A stretch of 64,000 nt of DNA from Asterias rubens (GCF_902459465.1 NC_047075.1:13020001-13084000); one strand, 5' to 3'; shown: positions 35,896-49,426, counted from the first letter of the stretch. A program made the numbers and translations. The notes: a model not told the origin generated them from the letters alone.

Positions 35896-37597
35896 TTAGC
35901 ACTAGTGGCATAATTAAGGGACGAGACAGGAGGGGGGGGGGGTACATGCCCTAACTGCCATGCCCCCGGTTGCCCCAATTTGAAATTTGAAGCCAGTGCT
36001 GTCCTAGCAGTGCACTCCTAGGACATATGGTGCACTAGCCTAGTAATAATTAAAATTTACTGTAGTTATGCTGCATCATTAAATGCAGGGTGTCTTCTTA
36101 TAACAGCTGACAAGAAGACATGGTGAAACACTTGCGTATCTTTTATGATATTCAGATCCAACATTGGAATCGACTTAAACGTAATTTTGGTGACTTCTAA
36201 TAAAGTTGGTGTTACATAAAATTGTAGTCTTTTCTTTGTACATGTATTTGTCTCTTCGTGGCCAGATTCTTTTTGGATTATAGTCTCAATTTAAAATTCG
36301 ATTTACCCCCAAATTCTATTAAAACAGATTTTCATTCTATTTTGTTGGTCTTCAAAAACAGGATACAGACATGTTTTATCCCGTTTTCATGGAAATGCGA
36401 GGTGTTGTATTTACACCTAAACCTGTTGTATCCCCGTTATTACCTTCTATTGTTTGGGGACAGGGGGCAACTGTGTTTGTCAGTTCAGAAGTGTTTTACC
36501 TCAGAGGACACTTTTATAGTGATTTGGGTACACATTTCTAAAAATCTGTTATTGACCTACATAAGAATTTACATTGTTTATGTGTCACACGTGGGCGACT
36601 TATTGTTTTCTTCGGGCTTGCAAAGATATTTGTAAGAGAATTGTTCCATGCCTTTTCAAGCCACGGTTTCGGTCCCATTTTATTTGGTGGCGATAGTAGT
36701 ACCGAGAGTGTTCGTGAGATCAGCAGCCGGTGCCGCACAGGTTTACACGAAATTTATTAATTATGAGGCTGTGTCTCCGAATGCGCTGCGCGCGTGAAGG
36801 CGGCTTCGAGTTCATAGTTTTCCGCCAACTTCGTCCCTAGGGCCAGGGTGGGTCGAGCAGCAGTGAGGGGTTGACTGCTCTTTTCACTTTGTAAACCATG
36901 GGTACGAGGTTTAACAAGCTTATCACACACTGGAGATAAATAAAACAAACAAACAAGCCTACTGTTTGAGCATATTTAAAGAGTGCATTTCAACCACTTC
37001 AGTGTTTAGCTCATTTTTTACTTATTCTGCACGAAACGTGAAAGGAAGTCTAACATTTAATTTACCCGTGTTCTTGTCAATCGGTTTGCATTCTATGCTT
37101 GGTTTTCCGATTGATAAAATGAACCATTACTTCGTTTAAACTCTCGTTGATTGCAGTTTGCAAATTGATTTACGTGCGGTGAAATCCTCATGACTGTTGA
37201 ACACAGGTAAGATAAGCAAATTCTATTTTTAGTGACTAGTACTAGTACTAAATAGTTGTAATAATTATGTGTTCTGGGTACCCGTGTTCTGTATTTGCCC
37301 TGACATGTCAACTTACCTTGATAATGTCCACATGCGGGCCCGAAAGAGTAAAAGCCACTGACTAATTTACAACAATCAGGCTAAGCTAGCTGTCATTCAC
37401 AATCACATGGTCATGAGTGTTAACTAGTGTAGTGTATTGTTAGCAACAAAATGTGCCGGCTGAATTTGGTGAAATTCCAGTTGAAAGTGAAGAAGAATTC
37501 ATGTCTGTACTGGGTACCCCTGTACTGTCTGGCAGATTTCGCTGCAGAATTTCATGAAAATAAGCTAGCATATTTTTGCTTTTTAATGGGTTTGCCT

Positions 37598-38139
37598 TAG
37601 AGTAGACTAGTTAGACCCAGTGACTGGGGCGCAGTACTCCTTTTTGTGATTTTGACATTATCGGTCGTACTACTACAACTAGCGCCCCAGCAAGTCGTAT
37701 ATATGGAAACCGCAGGGAGCGAACAAATCAGGGCATCCAGTCTGGTATCTGACTCTGAGGCCTTGACTTTCAATTCATATTGTTTTCTGCACAGTCAACC
37801 AACGCAGGATACCAGACTGGATGCCTTGACTTCTAACGGAAAATTTGCGTGACTGATAGTGGGCTAAAAAATCATCGATTTGGAGGACAGAAAATGATCA
37901 TGAGTGCAATTAAATGCATTTTATTTCACCTTAAATACTTGGAGAAGCCAGTAGGCGATTTTCAAGCAATTCTGTCGAGTTTTTGTCTTTTTTTGACAAC
38001 TTTTAACTGATTCGGAAAAAACCTGAATTGGTAAATGTTCGGTGCGGTTTCCATATAATATACGGCTTTCTGGGGCGCTAGTACGACCGATAATGTCAAA
38101 ATCACAAAAAGGAGTACAGCGCCCCAGTCACTGGGTCTA
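37598..38139. mobile_element. Long-TIR non-autonomous element with a 10-bp target-site duplication (Mutator/MULE-like MITE)
   Basis: TIRs of about 110 bp (tagacccagtgactggggcgc..ttttgacattatcggtcgtac..atggaaaccgca and its reverse complement). An exact direct repeat gggtttgcct lies at 37588-37597 and 38140-38149. Confidence 0.75.
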
Positions 38140-38828
38140 GGGTTTGCCTGCATTGTGCTCTGCTGCAGTGCTGGCTTTATATTAAAAATGTATATATATA
38201 ATTTGCTGATTTTTTTATTGGGGGGGGGGGGGGAAGAAATCATTTGGTTCAATTTTCAGAAAATGTCACGTGTTTTGGTGCAAGTGGTAGGGCCAAGGAG
38301 CAAAGGTATTCTAATGTATTAGAAGTATTTATGGGTATAGGGTAGTCAGGTAATAATTTATGAGGCCTAGGCCCAATGCTTTAACGATAACTATGTGATG
38401 TTTTTCAGCTGTGAAGTGAGAAAATTTGCTGGTCAAAATTGTGTGTTTGACAATCACTTTATCTGCCTTAATTTTCGTTAACTCCTACCTGTTTTGAAAG
38501 GTAAAGAGATTGTACCCAGCAAGGCAAAAGTAGCAGTCAGATACAGGAATTTCCCCAATATGCTTCATGTATGAAGAGTGAACATGATGGAACACGCTAG
38601 TTTGCCAACAAAGACATTATATGTAATATTGGCTACTGCCCAAAATTTGCTTGGATCATTTCCATTTAAAAGCAGCCTTACCTTAGTGTTGCCTGGAAAC
38701 AAAGTGTTAAAAAGACTGAGCATTACTTTGTTCCTTGACTAATAATCGTCTGAAATGTCTTTTCATTAATATTGTCAAGAGAAATGTTACAACAAATATC
38801 CTTTTTATGTGTGTGAATATTTTGCAGG

Positions 38829-39985
38829 ATGGGCCATCATAAGAAACTTTGTTTAAGTTCTTACATTAAGAAAAGAAAGAGGAAGCAGTCTGCGAAGAAG
38901 CATCTACCTCCTAAGCAACAGCAGCCTCTGGAATCCACTGAAAATGAAACAGTATCTGGTTTGAGCAATTCATCATTGCCTCCATTTGCAGACACTCCAA
39001 AGCATCTATCAACTACTAGTTCTTATCCTAGAAGCGCTTGTAGTAATTCATTAATTGTCTGGCAGTACAAAAATGATCCCCTCTATATAAAGTTCTGTGA
39101 GTTTCGCCTTCTGCAATATAGACTTAAAAAGGTGAATATAATGTTTGTTGCTATGTTTAATACCAAACTAATCATGCAGTTGATAAGTGACTTCTTATTC
39201 ATTACATGGAAATTTGACTATTTTATCAATTTTGACCTCATTAATCTCGTCCCCATGGAGATGTACAGTGTACTTAATACACTGGGGGGGAGGAGAGGTT
39301 TAGATTTTATAGTCCAAGTCTGGTCTACTTAATATGAGGTCATAAAAGTGTTAGCAGGGAACCAGACCACTATTCCTTCCTCCATTGGATAGTGTAGACT
39401 TCACAATTAAAGAATATCACGGCCTCCCATGCCAGAAACACTGGGGCGAACCCCTTCTCATGGTGACAAGTGTTACCAAGTGTGCATTACACGAGACAAG
39501 GGACCTACAGCTTTTATTGACCCATCTGGAGGATAAAGCAATAATGATTAAATGTCTTGCTTAAGGGCACAAGTGTCACTACTGGGACTCAAAGCCTAAT
39601 GTGCTAATCATTCGGCCACGGCACACTATTTGTAATGTAAAAATGTTGAAATTCCAACACTGCAACTGGCGACAGGTGCTAGCCCACCACCGACCTAATT
39701 TAAACATTTTAAAAGATACATGTTTGCTGCAGCACCGTGCAGTTTAGATTTCTAGTTCTAAAAATAAAATCCTTAAGCCTATTACTTTTGTATTGTCTTC
39801 TTCACAGATTGTAGAGGAACCATTCAGATCTGCACCTAAGTAACCAGTATCCAATCTGATCATCGATCCAGCAGCCATGTTTGTGCAGCCCATGTAGTCC
39901 AGTTTAGCGATCCATACATACACCTCTCTGAGCAGCGTGTGTTTCCTGGTCATCAAGACAATGATGGTTCACCCTCGTAACAAAT
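38829..39985 (+). pseudogene. Possible N-terminal fragment of a DNA-transposon gene (P-element/THAP9-like N-terminal region), decayed
   Basis: Exon after ttttgcag starts MGHHKKLCL..WQYKNDPLYIKFCEF and ends aag|gtgaat (~39130). A second segment after ttcacag (~39807) reads IVEEPF..VSNLIID and, in a shifted frame, RVFPGHQD. It contains stops. The family call is from weak motif recall. Confidence 0.3.
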
Positions 39986-40254
39986 TTGAAATGCTGGCCA
40001 ACCACTTAAAAAAAATAATCTGTTCAGCTACTGACTAATTCAGATAGAAAAAGGTGGTTGAATTAAATGTGTTGTTGAATTAGAGTGGGTGAGCACATTG
40101 TATAAATCTGGGGTCCCTTGGATTGAGATGGGTGACTGGAATAAAACAGTTTCTTGTAATTTAATATTATTAAATTAAAAAAAACATACATTACTGAAAA
40201 TGTTAATTGTATGACCAATTTTTTTGGTCTCCTGTAGTAGGCTATGACTTACTA

Positions 40255-41660
40255 TATTGATGTCTCCTGATTGCTTGTCTTTTTCATACTGTTATAAATT
40301 GTCTCCTAAATGGAGTTACTCTGCTGCAATTTGTTATTGTCTCCTAATGGAATGTATCTGCATTTTATTATTATACAAATATTGACTGCTGCGAGTGATA
40401 TGGTGTACACTTAATATTTCATTTCAGACATTTACTATTTAGTTTTGTATTGCAAATCTGAGAACTATACAGGGCCCAAACTGACCGAGCCATGGCCACA
40501 ACCAGGAGCCTGCAAGGGTTTAAACGGTCATTTAGGATTGAGTTGCCACTCTTTCATTCCCATGTCATTTATGATGAATGTTTGTAGACAAAACATTTTT
40601 CAAGTCCTCGGGCAGCTCTTTTAAATTAGTGACCCTCAACAGTTGTGCAAAGGCACACAAACTAACAGATGGTTACACCAAAAGGCATGTATACTACTTA
40701 CTGTACTGTCTTTGGTATTTATGAATAGTTATTATGCCTCCATTACCAAGAATAAACAAAAAGAAGCTAAACAGAGATCCTCATTTGAAGCTTACTTTAT
40801 TTTCTAGTGTTTGGGTTGTTTAGTTCTGAAAATCATGGCCCTGTCTCCTGATTGCTTGTCTTTTTCATACTGTTATAAATTGTCTCCTAAATGGAGTTAC
40901 TCTGATGCAATTTGTTATTATTGTCTCCTATTGGAATGTATCTGCATTTCATTATTATACAAATATTGACTGCTGCGAGTGATATGGTGTACACTTAATG
41001 TTTCACTTCAGACATTTACTATTTAGTTTTGTATTGCAAATCTGAGAACTATACAGGGCCCAATTGTTGTTTTTTTGTCTCCTGTACCATTGCTTGTTTT
41101 TTTTCATATTGTTATAATATGTCTCCTAAATGGAGTTACTCTGATGTAATTTCTTATTATTGTCTCCTAATGGACTGTATCCCAACAAAGTTATTAAACA
41201 TTTTGCCTCAAAATTAAGAGTAGCAACGAGGTATTAAACTGCAGGTTAAAACTGGTAGGGTCATGGCCATCTCATGACCGAGCCATGGCCACAACCACGA
41301 GCCTGCAAGGGTTTAAACGGTCATTTAGGATTGAGTTGCCACTCTTTCATTCCCATTCATAAATGCCATTTATGATAAAAAGTGAAATAAGACTTATGTA
41401 TGAATGTTTGTGTTTGTAGAATTTTTTTTTCACTTCCTCCGGCAGCTCTTTCAAATTAGTGACCCTCAACAGTTGTGCGAATGCACACAAACTAACAAAT
41501 GGTTACACCAGCAGGCGCGTATCTTGGGGAATTTATGCATAGTTTTTTTAACATGCCTCCATTACCAAGAATAAACAAAAAGAAGCTAAACAGAGATCCT
41601 CATTTGAAGCTTACTTTATTTGCTAGTGTTTGGGTTGTTTAGGTCTGAAACAGGGCCAAA
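40255..41660. repeat. Local segmental duplication, A-B-A-A'-B arrangement
   Basis: Block A (tgtctcctgattgcttgtc...gaactatacagggccc) at about 40261-40480 and 40842-41062, with a partial copy at 41076-41180. Block B (tgaccgagccatggccacaacc...gggttgtttag) at about 40482-40825 and 41275-41645. Confidence 0.85.
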
Positions 41661-42652
41661 CATGTGTTATTGTTCGTATGACCATCATTGTTCACTTGCA
41701 AGGGCAAGTACCGAATTTGTTAAGTAGCTGTGTGTCTGGGGGAATCTTTGGTTGATTAGCTCTGTGAGAGGGGTACACAACGTGCTCCTTCCTCGTTATT
41801 TTGTCTTAAGTTTTAATACACTCTATTGCAACCACCATGGAGCGTTCTAAAATAATAATAAAAAATAATAAAAAAATGCCGTTTGTTTAGGGTTTCATTT
41901 TGTTCTTGTTTTTTATTAATTTTGTTTTATTTTACTTTTTAATTTCGAAAGCCCCCCCCCCCTCTTCCCTCCCCATTAATGGTAGTGATGTGTCACTTTA
42001 CACATTAACACGAATTGTTAATGTGTAAAGAATTTTTGTCTTATTTTGTTTTGTTCATCTGGTCTGTTCGAGCTTTGTTTTCCTTTGCTTTGATTTGATT
42101 TTGTTTTGTTGGTGTTGTCAATGTTGTGTGTTTTGTTTTTTTCTGCATGGTTTGTGTTGCTTTGGTGTTGTTTCTTTTCTTTTGTTTATTTACACCTTGG
42201 AGAACCAAGTCCCAAGTCTGTTTATTAAAAGTTAGTCCTGTTGCTCCTGGCATGGTCAATAGCGCAATCGGCACTATATTTAAGTCTCGACCATTACGGT
42301 TTCTATCGTTTCAAAATAGATTCTTATCTTTCTTTACAATGATATAACTACTGCAGCAATTAAAACGCTTTAGGAGACAGTCTCCTAACGCTGAATTCTC
42401 AATGTCACCTAAATGACCATCATAAAGTAAAAAAATAGTTGGGAGACAATAATTACTACATGAACGAATTATATCTTAGGAAGTGTGCTTAATTTGTTTT
42501 TTTTCTCTCTCTAACTTATTGGTATTGGATGTGTTATGAAATAAAATTTGTAAAATCTGATTTTCTACAAACAACTTACATAAAAATGCTTAACAAGTGA
42601 AATGTCTCCCAAACACTTACTTCTTACGATGTCCCCTAAATATACCATTTAC

Positions 42653-42689
<37 letters not shown>

Positions 42690-44619
42690 CATTTGTTTCT
42701 GTCAAAAACACCATAGCATTTGTACATGATTTTGTTCATTCTTAATCTCAAAATTCGCAAATATGTCAGACTTTGGTCTTATACCAATTTGAAGCTTAGT
42801 ACATGAACTTGTCACAAAAGTAAAATTTTTCAAATTCTTCATTAATTAGCTTAGTTATAATGACGTGAATATTTAATTAGGCAATCTTGTTACTACCATA
42901 TCTCAAGAAGTATACATCCGATCCTCAAACTTGTTTCAGTTATAGACTTGCCTATATTGTAGATGTGATTTCTGGTCTAACATATTTCCCGTCACGTCAT
43001 CATGACATTTATAATGCGGGTTTTAATCTATGTACAAAAGGCATGGCTCAAAAAGTGTCCAGATTTGGAAAGTTTTTAACACAATATTTTCTAAATAAGT
43101 TAATTGTTAGTTTCCTAAAACACATAATATGTTTTGAAAAGTTAAACGCTTATTATAAGAGATGTTCCAGGTCATTAAAAACTAATAAAAGTACAATATC
43201 CAGGATAATTTAACGATTAAGTGACAAATCCGACACCATGGCTAGCTGTTTTGATTGCGCAATCACGGCAATGCATTGGAGATTTCCTTGATATTTGAAT
43301 CGTAACCGAGAGAGGACCTATAGTTAGTGTATAGCCCATTCGGTATGTGTACGAACAATACTTGCAACGTGCGTTTTGATAGGGTTTTCTTTAAAAGGTA
43401 TTGAACAATCGTATTGTAAGAATTGTCAATGTGGAGTTTCAGCGCCCCAGTTTAATGCTCCATAATCAAAGTGTGGTGAATTTATTTCATAGGAATGAAC
43501 CCTCCACCACGTTGCAACAAAAAGAAGAAAAACCTTGCAGGGTTGTATGACAGTCTGAGTTAGACATGATTGAAGAAAGGATCCTTTCTGTGGCTTGAGG
43601 GTCAGTGTTGGATTTAGGGTTAAGGTAAACTCAACTCAAATCCCACTGTTTACAAATGTAGCTGAAGAACATAATGAGCAGTCCATGAGACACACATATG
43701 AAGTGAAACATTTTATTATATAAAAACAACACACAAGGCAAGCATTTATATTAACAATGTCAACATTCCAAATTACTTTACATAAATCCAAATACAGCAC
43801 AATTACATGGTTTATATTTTATAAGTATTTGAAGGACTTTTTTGAAATAATTATGTTTTTTAGGGTACTAGTATATAGTGCACTTGTTAAGGGTCTTTCT
43901 TTATTTTTCATAATAGTTAAACTCTCTTTATGGGTTACACTAGTACAATGTAGTGGACAAATGGGAGATTTTGGTGGTGCCAGATACTACATATGGGGCC
44001 CAATAACACTTCGCACTAACACTACAGATGGAAACAGGTTCCCGGATCTCAGACAGCTTGTCAAATATCAACAACATTATGCGCATGTACATGTCTGTGC
44101 TAGTACTAGTGCGGTCTGGTGTGCCGATGCAGTGATCGCATAAAGAGTACACACGTGTAGTGGAAACTTTGACTGACATCCGGGTATTTTGATGTCATTA
44201 GTGCGGAGTGCTATTTCTTAGCTCTGTCTCATGAGAATCAACACTTGCAGAAGCAGGGCGGAGAAATGACATGTTTATACTAAGCATATTTCACAGGTTG
44301 GCAAGAATTTTGCCTAGTATGCATAAATTTGGTCCATAAACCATTTTCATTGTAGACTTAATTATCACCATGCACATTATATTCAATACACGAAAAACCT
44401 GGGGCCAACTTCACAAAGAAATAAGACTAGTCTTATCTGGAGTTAGGACCAGTAACTGGTTTAACTTAGGCCCAGTTCTATCTCCCACCATTGCCTAGAC
44501 TAGTACTAAGATAATAATAGTTCTGTGAAATCGACCCCTGGTATATTTCTCTGCCATTGAGTGACCTCCAATGCCTCCTGTTTCATCATGTGCCACTTAT
44601 TGTTATAGAAGAATTGAAC

Positions 44620-44765
44620 AAAACAATTTGTCACACAGACACAATTACAGGCAACTATCTTCCACAGGGACACAAGTGTCACGACCGGAACTTGAACCCA
44701 CACTCCGCTGATCAAAAACACCAGAGCTTCAGTACAGTGTTCTTATCTGCTCAGCCACAACACCC
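44620..44765 (-). mobile_element. tRNA-derived SINE
   Basis: Minus strand reads gtggctgagcagataag (A-box) ... gtgggttcaagttcc (B-box), then gacacttgtgtccc. A related fragment lies at about 39540-39625. Confidence 0.6.
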
Positions 44766-45940
44766 AAAGTGTACCTTAACAGAGATACTTCCAATGTACA
44801 ACAGTTTGACATGATCAACTTTGCATGAGTGATGATAGATACAGTTATATTAATTATAACTGTACAATTTGTTTTTGGATCCTAATTAAATGATTCGCTT
44901 AGCAACAAAAATTACGGTGGTACAATTTTAGTTGCTCTCCATTTAACAGCACCAAACCACTAACAAAATAAAAAGAAACTTTTGATGGAAACTCATTAAT
45001 GCACAGTATGCCTTATTTCCCCAGGTCAAAAAAACCCAGGGATCATGCCTCTATGTGTAAGTGACACTATAAGTAACTACAAACATATTGCACACACACA
45101 TTATTATGTTATAAGTTGTGTTTTTCAAATTCAAACAATAAACTTGTCTGAAGTCATTTTCCTTGTTTATTTCCAAACCAAGGAAAGGAATTTAAAATGA
45201 AGCTGATGGGCAGGATTATAAATTAGGGATGAGAAAGTAGAATGTCGGTACCATAACATATGCATTTAATTAAAATCTTATGAAACAAAGATGCGCACTG
45301 AACATTATTTATGACATTGCAACTGCAATCAAAATAAGACATTTTTGTGCATGTTCCTGCTTATGAATACATGTAGCTGTATAATCAAAGTTTGGTTATA
45401 AAATTGCAAATGTGGACATGACAATAATGCATGAGTGAAATGTGTCTTTCACTCACAAGTGCTGTGTTTGCTTATAAAAATAACTGTATAAAAGTAATCT
45501 ACACAGTGAGCAACATCAGTTTCAATCATGCTATGTGTAACTTCCTTTGGTATACCGTGGTTATAGTTTTGATTGACATAATACAAAAAAATGTCATGTA
45601 ATATTATGACTGTTATCAGGGTTATTTGTCTGTCAACTATTTTTTTAAGATTATTATTATTCCTGTTGAACTTGAGGGATGCTTTAGTAACTTCTGTGCC
45701 AATGTCATTATACTTCAGTCAAAACCTTGCTTTTAAAAATTCTCAAACCTCACACCATAGTATAATGTCAAATGTGATCATATAACCAAGGGCGATAGCA
45801 TATGGTCTTTATCCTGATGAAGTCTTCAACTGAAGGAGATCGGATGACATGGTCTTTTACCTGCACAAATAAGAATGATGTCAAATCTTGTTTTAATTGT
45901 CAAATGTAGTTGTCATGCAATACGTCAAATACAACTAAAA

Positions 45941-46957
45941 AACTAGACATAATTGCATTTGTGCACAAATGCAGAGCTGTTTCGTTAATGACATTTTAAA
46001 TTTTGTCAACTGAATTTGAAATTTATTCATTTTTTTTACAGCAGTCACGACCAATCCAGGCTATTTAAAAAAATAATTTGGATTATACCATGTTCGGATA
46101 GTCATTTATGTGTTAAAGGTGCAAAAATAGAAAAAATCATAAAAAATCTTGTGATGACGTCAATATGACGTCATTTCACAATTCACGAGAACCTGCCAAT
46201 ATCTAACAATCTACAAAGTTTCGAAAAAATCGCGTCATTACTTCGAGAGTTATACGACTTCAAAAAGTGCCCCTTTAAGGCCGCGTCACGTGAATCCCGA
46301 TGACGTCATTGATCTGAAACTTCACACATATGATGGCTGCCTGACAGTTAACGTGTGTGTAAAATTTGAAGTGATTACAAAAAACTTCACCACACACATC
46401 TTCAAAAAGTCCATTTTGACGAATTTTCAACCTGCCGCTAGAGGGCGCTGTTGCAATTTGTGACGTCATCAATATTTTTTTGAACTGCCCACCCTTGCTA
46501 GACACTTACGTCCTTGGAAAGCAACTTCATAACTTTTACCGATTTTGAGTTACAGGGCACTTCCGTTTTTTGCCCGTTTCAACCAGAAGTAGAGGTCATG
46601 TGAGGTCACGCACACGAAACAAAATGAAGACCTAATTTATCCCTACCACATCCCGCAAACAGAAACCTACGGTCTCGTTTGGCTGATTTGATATAGATTT
46701 TCAAACATTTAACATAAAACACCTTTAAGATGACGTCACGTGACCAGTGATGAGGTCATCATGACATCCTTGCTTTAGGATCATTATTGCACCATAACCT
46801 TCAATCCCTGAAAGTTTCATTGCAATTGCTCTTTGGGAACTATGCAAAAAATTGCGAGTACTGAATCAGACAAATAAAAAGAAAAAATAAATAAATAATA
46901 AAAAAAACTTTAACAAAAACAAGAGCTGTTTCGCTGCGCTTCGCTACGAAACAGCAA
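45941..46957 (-). mobile_element. Non-autonomous Helentron-associated element (HINE/DINE-1-like), structurally complete
   Basis: On the plus strand: AACTAG terminus (45941), perfect hairpin gcatttgtgcacaaatgc (45955-45972), subTIR gctgtttcgt (45976-45985). The other end has the inner IR gctgtttcg (46925-46933), the subTIR acgaaacagc (46946-46955) and an A-rich flank. This is the established DINE-1 layout. Confidence 0.8.
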
Positions 46958-47840
46958 ATAAATACTGTGTCTTTCAAAAGAAATTTACATTACTGATCAA
47001 TTTAAGCAAACTTTAAATAAGCAATACAGAAATGCTCATGTTGTTCACAAACTCAGGGTTTTCCAAATACCCTATTTTGCTAGTACATATAAATCCATAA
47101 TTTTGTTTGCAACTGTACATTAAAGAACGGTTTTTGTGATGAGTTAACAGTATTTTTAAAGAATACATGAAGTTGCAGAGCACCCATGTATTTGTATACG
47201 TATGACTCTAAGATATCATGAAAAACATTACCAAAACCTTGATTTTTACAACATATGCAACTGTCACAGCACAAGTAACTGTTCCTCATGATGACATTCC
47301 AGCAATGATGTTCTGATGTACACTCGGCATTACAATTCTATAATGAAATTAAATGTTGATAAATTTAGCAAATTGTCAATGGTAAAAAATCAAAACAAGT
47401 GTTTATCAAAGAGAAAACATTCAATATAGGTCCAAACAGTTTGGTTTGATGTCATAAAGGACAAGAAGATATTGAGTATTAGATCATACACTGGCCAAAC
47501 CTCTTAGTTTGTAAGAGTTTTGTAATGCATGATAACACAATGACTCATTTAATTATTCTCTAAAGATCTTGATATTGTATTTGGCAAAATAATTTGACCA
47601 ACATTTACAACTCACTTAGTCAACATTCTCTTAAACAGTGAGGAGAGTCCTGAGAGACGTTCCACACAGGCAAACAATGCAAACATATACATATACATGT
47701 TTTAAAATGCATGGCAGTATTGCAATTTGAAAATGTGTACCTGGACATGAGTTTCCGAACAGTTCCATTGTTTACTTCAGTGGAGTGAAGCTATGGAATG
47801 TACTATAACTCTTAAGTTTAGACTTTTAGTTGGACAGCGT

Positions 47841-48702
47841 TATGACTTCACCCAACTAAAGTACATCAGACTCAGTAGGTGAAGAAGACTCCCACGTGAG
47901 CAGGGTCATGATGTGATCCAACTTCAAAACATCTGACTCAGTAAGTGAAGAAGACTCTCAAGTGAGCAGGGTCATGATGTCACCCCACTTCAGTACATCA
48001 GACTCAGTAAGTGAAGAAGACTCTCAAGTGAGCAGGGTCATGATGTCACCCCACTTCAGTACATCAGACTCAGTAAGTGAAAAAGACTCTCAAGTGAGCA
48101 GGGTCATGATGTCACCCCACTTCAGTACATCAGACTCAGTAAGTGAAGAAGACTCCCAGGTAAGCAAGGGGTCATGATGGCACCCCAATCCAGTACATCA
48201 GACTCAGTAGGTGAAGAAGACTCTCAAGTGAGCAGGGTCATGATGGCACCCCACTCCAGTACACCAGACTCAGTAAATGAAGAAGACTCCCAGGTGAGCA
48301 GGGTCATGATGTCACCCCAATCCAGTACATCAGACTCAGTAGGTGAAGAAGACTCTCAAGTGAGCAGGGACATGATGGCACCCCACTCCAGTACACCAGA
48401 CTCAGTAAATGAAGAAGACTCCCAGGTGAGCAGGGTCATGATGTCACCCCAATCCAGTACATCAGACTCAGTAGGTGAAGAAGACTCTCAAGTGAGCAGG
48501 GTCATGATGTCACCCCAATCCAGTACATCAGACTCAGTAGGTGAAGAAGACTCTCAAGTGAGCAGGGTCATGATGGCACCCCACTCCAGTACACCAGACT
48601 CAGTAAATGAAGAAGACTCCCAGGTGAGCAGGGTCATGATGTCACCCCACTTCAGTACATCAGACTCAGTAAGTGCAGAAGACTCCCAGGTGAGCAGGGT
48701 TA
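47841..48702. repeat. 66-bp minisatellite, about 13 copies
   Basis: Unit agtacatcagactcagtaagtgaagaagactctcaagtgagcagggtcatgatgtcaccccacttc, with two alternating variants in the right half. Confidence 0.95.
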
Positions 48703-49426
48703 CTATGGCTACTCATTTATGTAGAAAGAACATTGTTTGTGACAAAGATTTACAGTTTCATAGTGATTTAGTGATGATTACAATTACAATATTGTTATTG
48801 TGTCAAATTTTTCAACAAGATCTGTACTTGAATGTTTTGAATTTTAATCAATACTTACAGGATATTGTGTATGGCTTGACCAGAAATTCCAACTGTTACA
48901 AAGATTCATTATGGAGTACATCTTTTGCATAGCTCTTGTATTGTGATACTCTATCTGTTCATCAAAAAAGAACAAATATTATAATACTTCCTTCAGTTTA
49001 CTTAAGGGTTGTCGAACTACATGCATTACTAATTTTTTTAATTCGTTAAACAAATTGAAAATTCATAATAAACTATTAATGGAAAATACATGTCTTGGAT
49101 AAAAAAAAATAAACAATTCACACACTGACTCCGCTATTTTAGTTTAACTTTGATGACTCTTATTGATGTTTTCTCATTGATGATACATTTTTGTACACTC
49201 ATTGTAAGTGAGCTTATGCAATCTGTTTTCTTTCAAGTTTGCAATATTAATTGCTATTACTCCTTTGTTCTGAATAACTTTACCAATGATACAATCTGTG
49301 CTTTCACCTGTTTTTCCTTTCTGTATCATTACTTTTGCGTAAATTGTGTAAACATAAAATATTTTCATTTCACTTATTTGTTGCATTTTATTAGTGTTTC
49401 TTTAAATAAGCTACCTTTCACATGTC

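Noticed and set aside
45810-45850. Hammerhead-ribozyme-like ctgatga + short stem
   Set aside because: The required GAAA after stem II is absent (it reads agat), and no flanking stems or cleavage triplet could be built.
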